Shown: positions 37,143-46,236, numbered from the stretch's first letter. The stretch: 64,000 nucleotides of DNA from Acidimicrobiia bacterium (GCA_965203555.1 CBDBCY010000004.1:3008001-3072000); one strand, 5' to 3'. Notes: generated by a model from the sequence alone, not told the origin. Numbers and translations are program-made.

Positions 37143-40100
37143 TCACCCGGTCAGCCCCATGGAGCAAATGATGTGCGGTTCCCTGGTGTGACCGGTTGCT
37201 GTGGTGTCCAGCGAACGAGCCAGCAGTCCGTCCCGCCGTAGCTGGACCAACAACGCGGCGAGGTCCTCGTCGCTCATGTCTGCGTCGATGGCGGTGGACA
37301 GCTCTTTGAGTGCGGCGTCGTGCGGATCGTGAAGGTCGTTCAGGGCAGAATCCAACTCGTCGACGGTGAAGAGCAGACTGGGGGGAAGCTCGTCCCGGTG
37401 TCGCGACAGCCGCCTCCAGCATTTTCCTATCACGCCGCCCTGCCGCCCCATCAGTTGCTCGGGTGGTGGGGCCTTCAACGGCCCCCGAAACGCCGAGGCG
37501 ATCATATCGAAGTGTCCCGACAGTCTGGTCGCCGGCGGAGTTTCGGGTTCGCATTCGGAGAGACGCAGGGCTTCTTGTGGAGAGATACGCCGGGGCCGGC
37601 CGCCGACCGGGACGAAGGCGAAGGCGTCCGATCCCAGAGCGGTTTGCGAATGCACCACCACACCCCGATCCCGACTTCCGCCTGACTTCGTGGCGTAGAC
37701 CACATTGGGCATGGATTCCACCTGTTCGGCCAGGTCCGGATGATCCTTTTCGGCGCTTCGCCAAATCTGGTAGGCCATCGACACGGGATCCACTTCCTCA
37801 TCGTCGAGTCGGTAGTCGGAACGCTCGTCATAAAGGCCCGTGAGAGTCGCACGTTCCTCGTCTCTGCCGAAGAACTGCTCGTCCGATCCCAGCAGGTTGG
37901 CGTTTTCCCGCAGCCTGGCCAGGATGCGCCGGCGCAGGTCGATCTCGTTTTCCAGGGTGGCCGACGGCATCAGGGAGTACACCACCACCTGCTCTGCGTC
38001 CTGGCCGATCCGGTCCACCCTGCCGGCCCGCTGCACCAGCTTTACCACCGCCCACGGCAGGTCGTAGTTGACGACGATGCGGGCGTCCTGCAGGTTCTGT
38101 CCCTCCGAGAGCACGTCGGTGGAGACCAGCACCGCCAGTTCCCTCTCGCCATGCCGAAGACCGCCCTGGTACGACCCGGGAGAGAAGCGCCGGGCCAGCC
38201 CGGTCGGATTGGAGACGCTGCCGCTGACCGCCGCCACGCCCTCGATTCCCCGCTCGGCCAGCGCGCGGGCTGCATAGTCGGCGGTGTCGGTGTATTCGGT
38301 AAACACCAGGACCTTCTCGCCCGGGTGCCGGGAGGTGATTATCTCCGCCAAGGACTGAATCTTTCCGTCGCGCTCATGATCCCAGCGACCGAACCGGGCC
38401 AGCATCCGGTCGATGGCCTCGATGTCGGCGGTCAGGTCCTCGACGAACCGGTCTCCGAACATGGAGGCTCGTAGCCACTTGACGGTTCTCGGGTCGGCGG
38501 CGGCCAGTTTCCGGTAGGAGTCGGCCACGGAGGCGTCGGGGTCGAAGAAAGGGAATAGGTCGTCCCCCTCCAAGTCGGCGCCGTCGGACCACAGGCTGTT
38601 GCTCACCGACCCGACCGGCACCTTCCGACCGGTCTCCACCGCGTACCGGGCGAGACTGTCTCTGAGGCGGTGACGACGCAGGGTGGCGAGGAACGCCGGA
38701 CCCGACGACGAGAGTCGCTTGAACATCATCACCCGGTTGAGGCCGCTCAGGTTGCCCTGGGCAGCTCGGCGCAGGTCCTCCACGACGGGTTGTTCTTCCG
38801 TAGAGGGGACTGCGCCCGCCGCCAAGTGGTGGTACATGCCGTAGCGGGGCAGCCTCAGGCGGCCCACGGCATCCAGGGTCTGCTCGGAGATCATCTCCGT
38901 GGCCGGGTCGCCCTCGACTACCTCCCGCTCCACGGTGACGGGCAACCTGGTGGGGAAGCGGAACCGTTTTCCGTCTCCGTAGGTCAGGTACCGCCCACCT
39001 TGTTGGTCGGTGAAAGCGTAGTTCTCCTCGATGTAGCGGCGGGTACGCCGCACCATGAACTGTGAGAGAAGAGAGCGCCAGTCGTCCCGCTCTCCGGACC
39101 GCCTGAACGCCGCCAGCGTCGACAACCCCTCATCGCATTTGGCCGCGAACCGGGCCTCGCCCATCGCGGCGATGGCGGCCTCGGGGCGGATGCCCAGATC
39201 CGTGTCGGGATCCAGGAACAGGGAGAGTTGTGCCCACAGGTCGGTGAGGTTCTTGTTGTACGGAGTGGCGGAAAGGAGCACCACCCCGGACCGGTTCTCC
39301 GATATGTATTCCTTCAGGGCACGGTAGTCCTGGCGGGTGTGAGTACGCAGATGATGCGACTCGTCGATGATCAGCAGGCGATGATGGCCGAGGTCGGGTA
39401 GTTCTCTGGTAACCATCGACAGGGACATCACCCGACCCCGCAGGTCGTATTCGTCCACATAGTCCCGCCACATCTCCACCAGGTTCTTGGGACATACCAC
39501 CAGCGCCTTGCCTCCCTGCTCTATCTGGAGCAGGCGGGCCACGGCGGTGGCCACCAGGGTCTTGCCCAAACCCACCACGTCCCCGATGATGACCCCGCCG
39601 CGCTGGCTGAGGATCCGGGCGGCCAGCTTCACCGCGATGGCCTGGAAGTCGAGCAGTTTGTCGACCAATGATTGGGGAAGTTCGTAGGCAACCCATCCCT
39701 CCCGCGCCTGCCGTGACAGGTGGTAGGCCATCTTCAGGTACACGAGGTACGGGTCCTTGGCGTATGCCCACGACTTGCGGATCACTTCTTCGAGCATCGG
39801 TACGGCGTTCAGACAGAGTTCGTTGTTCCACCTGTGCTCGAACCAGTCGGCCAGCTTTCTGGTGGCGTCGACGTCGGAGACGCTCACGTTCAACTCGCCC
39901 TGTTCCTGCATCCCGGCCCTGGTGAGGTTGGACGATCCCACGAACGCCGCCCGGGGAGTGAACGTGTCATCACGATGGCACAGGTAGAGCTTGGCGTGGA
40001 GTCGATGCTCGGTGAACACCTTCATCTGCACTTCGCCCCCGGTGATCTGGCGCAGCAGGGCGCGCAATGCGGCCTCGTCCTCGTAAGTCGGCAGGCCCAC

Positions 40101-40415
40101 CTCGAGCTGGCGGGTCATCTCCCTGCCCGTATCCGCTCGGCGTTCCGAAGCCGTCTTGGATGTGACCGGGGGGATCCGATCGGTGGCTGCCAGCCTTTTC
40201 ATCTCGGCAGCGGGCGCCTCGGTCATGCCCACCAGGATCCTGGCCTTCGGACCCCCGCCTCCGCTCGGCAAGCGGTCCACCGCCTGGGAGATCAGTCTCC
40301 ATCCGCGCAGGTTGAAATAGCCCACCGCGGCGTCGAGCGAGCGGGACGGGAAGCCGAGAGTCTCGAGCAGGGCGGCTCTCATCTCCGTCGAGATGTTGTC
40401 CAGGATGTCGGGCAT
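37143..40415 (-). CDS. PLD (HKD) nuclease domain + SNF2/SF2 helicase
   Basis: AVGYFNLRGW, LHAKLY, VGSSNLT..G...QGELN; DVVGLGKT, IIDESH, LSATP, LSEGQNLQ, QRAGRVDRIGQ. ATG 40415 overlaps the MTase TGA. Confidence 0.9.
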   Translation of the reverse strand: MPDILDNISTEMRAALLETLGFPSRSLDAAVGYFNLRGWRLISQAVDRLPSGGGGPKARILVGMTEAPAAEMKRLAATDRIPPVTSKTASERRADTGREMTRQLEVGLPTYEDEAALRALLRQITGGEVQMKVFTEHRLHAKLYLCHRDDTFTPRAAFVGSSNLTRAGMQEQGELNVSVSDVDATRKLADWFEHRWNNELCLNAVPMLEEVIRKSWAYAKDPYLVYLKMAYHLSRQAREGWVAYELPQSLVDKLLDFQAIAVKLAARILSQRGGVIIGDVVGLGKTLVATAVARLLQIEQGGKALVVCPKNLVEMWRDYVDEYDLRGRVMSLSMVTRELPDLGHHRLLIIDESHHLRTHTRQDYRALKEYISENRSGVVLLSATPYNKNLTDLWAQLSLFLDPDTDLGIRPEAAIAAMGEARFAAKCDEGLSTLAAFRRSGERDDWRSLLSQFMVRRTRRYIEENYAFTDQQGGRYLTYGDGKRFRFPTRLPVTVEREVVEGDPATEMISEQTLDAVGRLRLPRYGMYHHLAAGAVPSTEEQPVVEDLRRAAQGNLSGLNRVMMFKRLSSSGPAFLATLRRHRLRDSLARYAVETGRKVPVGSVSNSLWSDGADLEGDDLFPFFDPDASVADSYRKLAAADPRTVKWLRASMFGDRFVEDLTADIEAIDRMLARFGRWDHERDGKIQSLAEIITSRHPGEKVLVFTEYTDTADYAARALAERGIEGVAAVSGSVSNPTGLARRFSPGSYQGGLRHGERELAVLVSTDVLSEGQNLQDARIVVNYDLPWAVVKLVQRAGRVDRIGQDAEQVVVYSLMPSATLENEIDLRRRILARLRENANLLGSDEQFFGRDEERATLTGLYDERSDYRLDDEEVDPVSMAYQIWRSAEKDHPDLAEQVESMPNVVYATKSGGSRDRGVVVHSQTALGSDAFAFVPVGGRPRRISPQEALRLSECEPETPPATRLSGHFDMIASAFRGPLKAPPPEQLMGRQGGVIGKCWRRLSRHRDELPPSLLFTVDELDSALNDLHDPHDAALKELSTAIDADMSDEDLAALLVQLRRDGLLARSLDTTATGHTREPHIICSMGLTG

Positions 40416-43390
40416 CAGCTTTCTGCCGTACCACCACGGGGACGGGTCTTCTTGTTGCCGTGCACCGACGGCTCCGAACACCACATATGCCGGAGGCGGG
40501 CGATACCCTCCACCGCCTCGTCGGGCAGGTGGAGCACCCTCTTGGCCAGCGCCCTGTCCAGGTCGGCCCGCGCCTGGTCCCGGTACGCCTCATTGGCGGG
40601 CAGGAACTCTCGGTCTTCGAACTCGTCGAATAGAGCGGCTGCGGTTTGGATCCGCATTGGGGTGAGTTGCCGCAGGTCCAAGACGGGGATGATGCCAATG
40701 GTGGTGACGGTTAGATTGGCTCGGCCCTTCTGTTGGCGAGACGACACCCACCAGCGCCCCACCAATCCGAGAGTGGTGTTCAACCACACGCACAGCGCCT
40801 GTTCCCATGCCTCGCGGTCAGAAGCGTTGGGAGGATCCGGCTGGAACGATGGCCATGCCCGGCCTCCGAGGGCCGGAACAGGCGTGATACAGGCGCCCAT
40901 GGGCTGGGAGTTGACCTGGAAGTCCCGGTTGATGTGCAAGCGGGTGGCCCCGGCGATCATCTCCTCCTTGGCGTCCCGGTATCCCTTCCACAGGGAGCGA
41001 GCCTTGTCATCCATGCCGGGGCGGACCACGCCCTCTGAACAAGGCAACACCGTCATACGAGTCTCCACTTTGTGGTCGTGAGACCATAGAACGGGATACA
41101 GGGCAAGCGCGAAGTCTGCACGGTCGTGCTTCTCCACAACGCGGACCGGACCACGAGTGATCGTCAGGTCGTAAGGTCCCCGGAATCCGAGTCTTACCAG
41201 GCTTGTTGTTGGAACTTTCAAAACCCTGGAGACTTGGGGCAGACGAACCCGGCCAGCAGAAAAAGCCGCGCCGATCCCGCACAGTTCTGCGCTAACAACT
41301 CCGCTCGGGTGTCCCTTGGCGTGCTCGGTGAACTGTGATGTCACGGCAAATCCGACAGGGGATCCACCTGGTGTGTCCAGATCGCCACCGGTCCTGACCG
41401 TCCGAGCCAGGTCGATGCCCCGCTCAGGGTTCTCTGGGCGCTCTTTTAGGCAGATGTAGCGAGCCTCTTGTTTCCTTGCTCGGCTCTCGTGTTTCTTTGA
41501 GGCAACGATGATGGCTTCAGCCATGCCGGTGTCGGCTGAGAAAGCTCTGGCCTCTGCATGTTCGGTGTCGGCGAGGGTAACTACTTCGATCTTTTCGTAT
41601 CTTTCGGTCAGTAGTTCTCTCATTTTCGCCCATGCCGCGCCTGAGACAACCGTGGCGGGGACGATGAGGGCCAAGACCCCACCGGGACGCAGTTTCAGAT
41701 GCGCCAAGTCCATGAAATTCGATGCCATTCCAGCATTACCGTGTCCAGCCGTGAGGCCATGGATGGTCTTGTAAAGATCCTTCAGTACTCCGCTCATCAG
41801 CGCCTGAGCCTCAGCGTCGTTGCCCATGCCGGCGAAGACCGGGATGGGGGGCATCCTTCCGTCCGCCGCCGCACCCTGCTTCCGCTCGTGGTTGTGAGGT
41901 CTGACAAAGGGGGGATTCATGATGACAAGGTCCATCCCTTCCGCGGGCACATACGCTTCGCTGCGTACCCGGACGGGAGCGCCTCTGGCGACAGTTGCAA
42001 CGGATCCGTCACCCAACAGGGCCGCCTTCCGACTGCCCCCCAACAGGTCCAACGAGCCGATCTTGGGCTCTTCCCCCATCCCGACATCTTTCATTCCGAA
42101 GGGCATCACCCATGTCTTGGTTTTCGCATAGCCCACGTCTGGGTGTTCACCGGACAGCATCGCCGCCGTCAAGTGGACCGAGGCGGGCATGATGTCACAG
42201 CCGATGAGTACCTCCTCGAGCATTCGTCGATGGATGATCTTCGGATCTCCCCCGGCTTCCTCGTGCCGGGCGGCTATGCGACGGTAGGCGGCGGTGAGCA
42301 GCGCCCCCGTCCCGCAGGCGAGGTCAGCCACGCGCAGGCTGGTGACGGCGTCGGGGTCGGCCCAGTCCACCTCCAGACGGTCGACGGCCATCTCCGCCAG
42401 GAACGCTGCCGACCCCAGCCGGGTGAAATGGGTTTTGAGGAACGCCCGGTCGGCCACCAGCTTCCCGTACAACTCTCCGATAATTCCCTGTGTGTCCCGG
42501 TGGGCCGTGGTCTCCGCGGCGCTTCCGTACAGTTCGCCCAAGACACGGTCGGCCATCGTGTCGTCTGTGATCGAGACCGACAGGTCATGGGCGATGCCGA
42601 AGATCGGCCAGTAGTTGATCTTCAGCACCTCTTGCCACGCCCCCTCCACCTCCGCCCGTCTCAAGCCGGGCCCCCGCAACTCATCCGGGGTGGGTACCTG
42701 GTCGTGTCGCCCCGCGATGTGATGCTGGAACACCACTGCGTTGAAGAGGATCGCCATGGCCATGAGGTCCGTCTGCCGCCCTGGTTCCTGGTGAAGGATT
42801 TTCCCGATCCGTCCCGACACCCCGGTATCGCCCTCCAAGTGCCCGACCGCGGAGGAGATGGTCCGCTCTATGCCCCTCTCCAATTCGGCGAGGTCCACGT
42901 CGAGAGACCGTCGCACGCTTTCCAGCACGGCGGTCGGAGTCAGCTGGTCCTCTTCCTCGGGGTCGAATCGCAGGTTGCGCAGGCGGTCCAGCATCTCCTG
43001 GCTGATGGAGTCTCTGTGACCGGGATATTCGACCAACTGGAACCCGTTGCCTGCTCCCCGCTGCTCCGGCCATAACCACACCATCTGACCATCTGCGGCC
43101 TCGAACGCGATCAGCAACTCCAGGCTGTGTTGCTTCCTCAAAGTCACGACCGTCTTTCGGATGGGCGTCTTGGATGGGATGGACTCACAGGGTACGCGCC
43201 ATAGGTCCACCACCCGCTTGCTGGCCACCGGGTGGGCCGTCAGCCCGGTGCCGGGTATTCTCAGCCCATCCGAGCCGTATAGACCGAATTGCTGGCGGCT
43301 CGGGTTGTCCCAGTGCAGTTTCTGTAGGAAGAGTGCGGAAAGGTCCCCTGCCGCGATCAGGTCCTGTACCTCCTCGCGGCTGACCCCCAC
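40415..43390 (-). CDS. Large N6-adenine DNA methyltransferase (gamma class, Eco57I/type IIG-like) with C-terminal TRD-like region
   Basis: HFTR, motif I ADLACGTGALL, GCDI, motif IV MNPPF, LRPGGVLALIVP, FSADT. GTG 43390 with GGAGG RBS. Confidence 0.87.
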   Translation of the reverse strand: MGVSREEVQDLIAAGDLSALFLQKLHWDNPSRQQFGLYGSDGLRIPGTGLTAHPVASKRVVDLWRVPCESIPSKTPIRKTVVTLRKQHSLELLIAFEAADGQMVWLWPEQRGAGNGFQLVEYPGHRDSISQEMLDRLRNLRFDPEEEDQLTPTAVLESVRRSLDVDLAELERGIERTISSAVGHLEGDTGVSGRIGKILHQEPGRQTDLMAMAILFNAVVFQHHIAGRHDQVPTPDELRGPGLRRAEVEGAWQEVLKINYWPIFGIAHDLSVSITDDTMADRVLGELYGSAAETTAHRDTQGIIGELYGKLVADRAFLKTHFTRLGSAAFLAEMAVDRLEVDWADPDAVTSLRVADLACGTGALLTAAYRRIAARHEEAGGDPKIIHRRMLEEVLIGCDIMPASVHLTAAMLSGEHPDVGYAKTKTWVMPFGMKDVGMGEEPKIGSLDLLGGSRKAALLGDGSVATVARGAPVRVRSEAYVPAEGMDLVIMNPPFVRPHNHERKQGAAADGRMPPIPVFAGMGNDAEAQALMSGVLKDLYKTIHGLTAGHGNAGMASNFMDLAHLKLRPGGVLALIVPATVVSGAAWAKMRELLTERYEKIEVVTLADTEHAEARAFSADTGMAEAIIVASKKHESRARKQEARYICLKERPENPERGIDLARTVRTGGDLDTPGGSPVGFAVTSQFTEHAKGHPSGVVSAELCGIGAAFSAGRVRLPQVSRVLKVPTTSLVRLGFRGPYDLTITRGPVRVVEKHDRADFALALYPVLWSHDHKVETRMTVLPCSEGVVRPGMDDKARSLWKGYRDAKEEMIAGATRLHINRDFQVNSQPMGACITPVPALGGRAWPSFQPDPPNASDREAWEQALCVWLNTTLGLVGRWWVSSRQQKGRANLTVTTIGIIPVLDLRQLTPMRIQTAAALFDEFEDREFLPANEAYRDQARADLDRALAKRVLHLPDEAVEGIARLRHMWCSEPSVHGNKKTRPRGGTAES

Positions 43391-43445
43391 GTCACACCCT
43401 CCCTGCGTGCAGACTCCCACCGTCTCTCGCTGAGAGGTGGTCTAG

Positions 43446-43471
43446 GTTATATAACGATGAGGGGGGGGGGG
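43446..43471 (-). promoter_or_regulatory. G11/C11 homopolymer and GTTATATAAC palindrome in the putative promoter of the MTase-helicase operon
   Basis: G run 43461-43471; perfect 10-bp palindrome 43446-43455; 55-80 bp upstream of the GTG at 43390. Confidence 0.5.
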
Positions 43472-43554
43472 TCGATGTATATGAATGGTGGGGGAGATGA
43501 TAGCCAGTCCTTCGCCTCGGTAGACATTCAGCCTTGCGTAAGTATTGGAGTCGC

Positions 43555-43712
43555 GGTCAAGCGCAGTGGGCGGTTAAGAGGCTTGGGTGTCTTCGCGTCG
43601 CGCTCTTGCTGTGTTGCGGACCTGACTTGGTTTCAAAAGAGGTGACAACCATGACCAGTACCGTCTGTGGATGGGTGGGTCTTCGTGTTCCCCAAATGGT
43701 GGTGGGCGGCAC
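43555..43712 (+). mobile_element. Possible IS110-family left-end remnant with truncated transposase start
   Basis: GGTTAAGAGGCTTGG...GCGTCGCGCTCT...GCGGACCTGAC, RBS AGAGGTG, ATG 43651 giving MTS...VVGG. Resembles actinobacterial IS110 left ends from memory only; no DEDD domain follows. Confidence 0.3.
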
Positions 43713-43780
43713 CCGCGCGGGGAGTTGTCCGGTGGTTTCAATAGGGACCTCACTCCAACTTCCGGGATAACATCCCAGCC

Positions 43781-44479
43781 ATGGCAGCAGCGAAGACAAC
43801 CTCCGCACTGGAGCGCCCGGTCTATGGTATTTCGGAGGCCGCCCGGCACTTGGGTCTTGGCCGGGAACGGGTCAGGTCATGGCTTGACGGCTACACGCGG
43901 AAGGGCAAGACCTATCCACCGGTCATTCGTCCCGAAGCCACCGGTGATGACATTGTCACCTGGGGAGAATTCGTCGAGTTGGGATATCTGCGGGAGTATC
44001 GGCGGAAGGGGGTATCTCTCCAGTATCTGCGTCCGGTCATAGGGGAGTTGCGACGGGAGTTCGGGCTTCCTCATCCTTTGGCAAGCGAGAACCTATACCT
44101 GAGCGGCCGAGATGTCGTCTGGCGGCTTCAAGAGGAAAACGGACTCCCCTCTGCTCTCGCCATGGTGGTCAAGTCAGGTCAAATGATGGTTCTGGCCGAG
44201 CAAGCCAACAGTTTCTTCAACAAGGTCAGATTCGATCCTGATGGCGGGGCCGGTGAGGTCAGTCGGATCTTTCCGGCAGGTGAGGAGGCGTGGGTGTGCA
44301 TAGATCCGCTGGTATGTTTCGGTCGGCCGGCGATAAGGGGGGTGGCCACCGAACGACTCTGGGAACTTCGGGTGGCCGGAGAAACGGTAGGGAACATTGC
44401 AGCAGACTACGAGATGGAGGAACACCTGGTCAGGGCCGGTATTTCTTTCGAGGAGCTTCAACGGGTCCTGGCGGCTTAG
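43781..44479 (+). CDS. HTH + DUF433 antitoxin (VapB45-like), orphan
   Basis: YGISEAARHLGL...VRSW HTH, TWGEFVE, GVSLQ..R, IDP.VCFGRPAIRGVATE...AGE...IAADY. Confidence 0.85.
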   Translation: MAAAKTTSALERPVYGISEAARHLGLGRERVRSWLDGYTRKGKTYPPVIRPEATGDDIVTWGEFVELGYLREYRRKGVSLQYLRPVIGELRREFGLPHPLASENLYLSGRDVVWRLQEENGLPSALAMVVKSGQMMVLAEQANSFFNKVRFDPDGGAGEVSRIFPAGEEAWVCIDPLVCFGRPAIRGVATERLWELRVAGETVGNIAADYEMEEHLVRAGISFEELQRVLAA

Positions 44480-44599
44480 CCGACGACCATGCCACACCGG
44501 TTCCCCCCATGAACAATCAGGGTTCACCGCGACCGGTCAGAATTCCGGGGAAGCTTCGACCCTTGGAGTTCCCCGCCGGGCGGGATTCAGGATGTCAAA

Positions 44600-45913
44600 T
44601 CAATGAAGGCGTCGGGAGCGTTTCCTGGAGTTGCGTTCCAAGCGCTCCTCTATGGCGATATTCCTGACGTAGGTACGGGAAATGTTCAGGTTGCGCGCTA
44701 TCTGGGCATAGGAGAGCTTCCGGTTCTTCCTCAGCGCATCGGTTATCAGCTGCCTCAACCCGGATTCTGCGTGGGAGGACTTGTTCTCGGTAGGGGATAC
44801 GTCGGTGCCGGCATCCTCCCGAATCGACCAGTAACGGGCGTCCGGATGGACATGTTCAACCTTTCCCCGTCCCGCACTGGCTATAAACCCGGCTTCTATG
44901 AGGCGACGGCGGTGGTAACCGACACTCTGGCTGCTGTGTCCGGTCCGCCACAGGATGTCCGCTATTGATGTAGGCGTCGTGGACTCCATCGCTCGCAGGA
45001 ACTCGCGGGCCCTTTTGCTCAACGGGATCAGGGGGCTGGACTGCATCCTTCCCTCGGGGTGACGGTCGGCTATCCCGCACGCGTATCTCATATCGGCCAC
45101 AGAGATCCCTGAAACAGGGTTTTCGCATCGCTCCCACGCATGAAATCCCACTAGCTGGATCTGAAATGGATACCCCTTGGCCGATTGCACCGCCATGTCC
45201 AAGGCGTCGTTGCTGATGCTTCCCCCGGCGGTGGTGACCGCTTCACCTATTGCCCGGCGCGTCTCGGTGTCGGTGATCACCCCGATGTCAACTCTGTGGC
45301 TTCGCCGGAAAAAGGTCATACCCTTGTCTTTCAGCACGGTGTTGGCCATATCAGGAAGTCCGGCGCCGATGAAGGCGAGTGGCTGGTCGTGCCAGGAAAA
45401 CACATGCTGTATGGCTGACGCCAACTCTCTGGCTTCCTTGATGTCGACGGCATGGAGTTCGTCTATGACCAGCAGCACGCCGACTCCCTGGTCTCGAGCG
45501 TGGGCGGCCAAGTCGAGCAGTGAATAGCGGACAGGGGTAGGGTCCGGCGAGTCCGTCCCGGAGCGGGAGATATCGACGTGAGGGGCAAGCCCGGCCCGCA
45601 CTTTGTCGACACGCCACCGGTCGAGCGTATCCGGCATTGCCCTCGACGCGGCGGCGGCGATCGTGGAGGGAAGAGGACCGTCGGCGGTCGAGATGCCGAT
45701 GACATGCCAACCCCGGTCGATTGCTTCCCTGGCGGCTGCCTGTAACACGGCGGTCTTGCCCATGCCCCTGGGACCTATGAGCAGAGTCGTGCCTTCCGGA
45801 GCATTCAGGTTGTCCTGAGCGCGGGAGAGACTATCCAAGAGTTCATCTCTGCCTCCCAGCACCGGAGGCAGAGAACCGAAGCGAGTGGTAAACGGGTTGG
45901 ACGGCTTCGCCAT
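44600..45913 (-). CDS. AAA ATPase (AAA_16-like) with C-terminal wHTH and HTH
   Basis: NPF...FG..PP.L.GR, GPRGMGKT, VIDELH, GYPFQIQLVG, RRRLIEAGFI, LSYAQIARNLNISRTYV. ATG at 45913. Confidence 0.85.
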   Translation of the reverse strand: MAKPSNPFTTRFGSLPPVLGGRDELLDSLSRAQDNLNAPEGTTLLIGPRGMGKTAVLQAAAREAIDRGWHVIGISTADGPLPSTIAAAASRAMPDTLDRWRVDKVRAGLAPHVDISRSGTDSPDPTPVRYSLLDLAAHARDQGVGVLLVIDELHAVDIKEARELASAIQHVFSWHDQPLAFIGAGLPDMANTVLKDKGMTFFRRSHRVDIGVITDTETRRAIGEAVTTAGGSISNDALDMAVQSAKGYPFQIQLVGFHAWERCENPVSGISVADMRYACGIADRHPEGRMQSSPLIPLSKRAREFLRAMESTTPTSIADILWRTGHSSQSVGYHRRRLIEAGFIASAGRGKVEHVHPDARYWSIREDAGTDVSPTENKSSHAESGLRQLITDALRKNRKLSYAQIARNLNISRTYVRNIAIEERLERNSRKRSRRLH

Positions 45914-45933
45914 AGCCCTCTCACTGTAAACAG

Positions 45934-46097
45934 ACAATTTTTGGTTGTAAAGGAGTTTACAACGATGGGACGTGTGCCGGGATGGGCATAACGGGAGCAG
46001 GCGATTCGGATCGGTGAAGGCCATGGATCGCGCACCCATTCTCTTCGGGCCCATTTGTGAACAGAACAATTTTTGGTTGTAAAGCAGTTTACAACGA
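45934..46097. promoter_or_regulatory. Two 32-bp copies of a palindromic operator-like site (GTTGTAAA-N4-TTTACAAC)
   Basis: ACAATTTTTGGTTGTAAAG(G/C)AGTTTACAACGA at 45934-45965 and 46066-46097, one mismatch, 132 bp apart, just upstream of the AAA-HTH gene. Confidence 0.75.
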
Positions 46098-46188
46098 GGG
46101 TCCGTGCCGGGTGCGGTCGGGAGTTCCCTCGATGCGCTTTTCCGCCTCGTCGTCGAGCGGGTCCGTGCCGGGTGCGGTCGGGAGTTCC
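46098..46188. repeat. Exact 30-bp direct repeat separated by 31 bp
   Basis: GGGTCCGTGCCGGGTGCGGTCGGGAGTTCC at 46098-46127 and 46159-46188. Confidence 0.85.
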
Positions 46189-46236
46189 GTTTCGCCGTTT
46201 GCATGCGCCATGGGGCAGATGGGTAGTCTCTGGGCG

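Noticed and set aside
44600-46204. 97-aa N-terminal extension of the AAA ATPase containing RCKLLYNQKL twice
   Set aside because: It is the translation of the duplicated DNA palindrome. The family-typical NPF start lies just after ATG 45913.
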